From contig OZ024759.1 of NCBI GenBank assembly GCA_964016885.1, positions 11,532,001 to 11,596,000 of the forward strand: a stretch of DNA of 64,000 bases, given 5' to 3'. A program made the position numbers and the translations under genes. The stretch is from Eledone cirrhosa. Lineage: Eukaryota. The notes under the pieces were generated by a model, which saw only the letters and a list, made by a program, of their open reading frames with translations, was not told where the DNA came from and did no database searches. Shown here one piece after another: positions 63,524 to 64,000 of the stretch; positions within the stretch are counted from its first letter, which is position 1, and every line of letters begins with the position of its first letter.

Positions 63524-64000
63524 ACACACACAGACTGACGGGGACACACATACAGATAGACACACACATACACAGACAGACATATACACACAGACATGCA
63601 CACTCAGAAAGGCACACACGCACACACACATATACACACAGACATGCATGCACACACACACAGACATACACCGACACACACACAGATACATATACACAGA
63701 CAGACACACACACACACAGACAGACACACATACACACACACACATACACACACACAGAGCAGAAAATGTACACACACACACACATACACACACACACAGA
63801 CACACAAACACATACACACACATACACATACATACACAGACACATACACACACATACACACAATCATACACACACATACATACATACACACATATACACA
63901 CACATACACACACACATACACACACATACACACATACATACATACACACATACACACACACATACACACACACATACACACACACATACACACACACATA
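63524..64000. repeat. (CA)n-type microsatellite field (also (GT)n at 62455-62720)
   Basis: Directly visible. Confidence 0.95.

Overview
AT-rich, repeat-dense animal DNA with no prokaryotic genes, operons or CRISPR array. The repeat complement suggests a coleoid cephalopod such as octopus; this is inference. Most of the window looks like large introns of a + strand host gene, for which I can support only three small, phase-compatible candidate exons: a 9-nt microexon at 3919-3927, an 80-nt exon at 16589-16668 and a 46-nt exon at 27606-27651. The rest is two tRNA-derived SINE families (dozens of copies), a decayed Tx1/L1-clade LINE (zinc-knuckle ORF1 plus APE endonuclease), R4/Dong-like REL-endonuclease fragments, RTE-type LINE 3' ends, an internally deleted DD37D (maT) Tc1/mariner, TTAA-flanked piggyBac-like MITEs, microsatellites and over a dozen minisatellite arrays. 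Nearly all long ORFs in the track are read-throughs of tandem repeats. Three signals go beyond routine annotation. (1) Short fold-back elements next to (TA)n tracts carry type I hammerhead ribozyme motifs, including a 394-bp hairpin at 51404-51797 with a complete hammerhead on each strand and another complete one at 32343-32401; these are probably Penelope-like pLTR or retrozyme relics. (2) Most minisatellite arrays trace to short segments of the transposons they sit in. (3) There is a candidate UGC-preceded 9-nt microexon.
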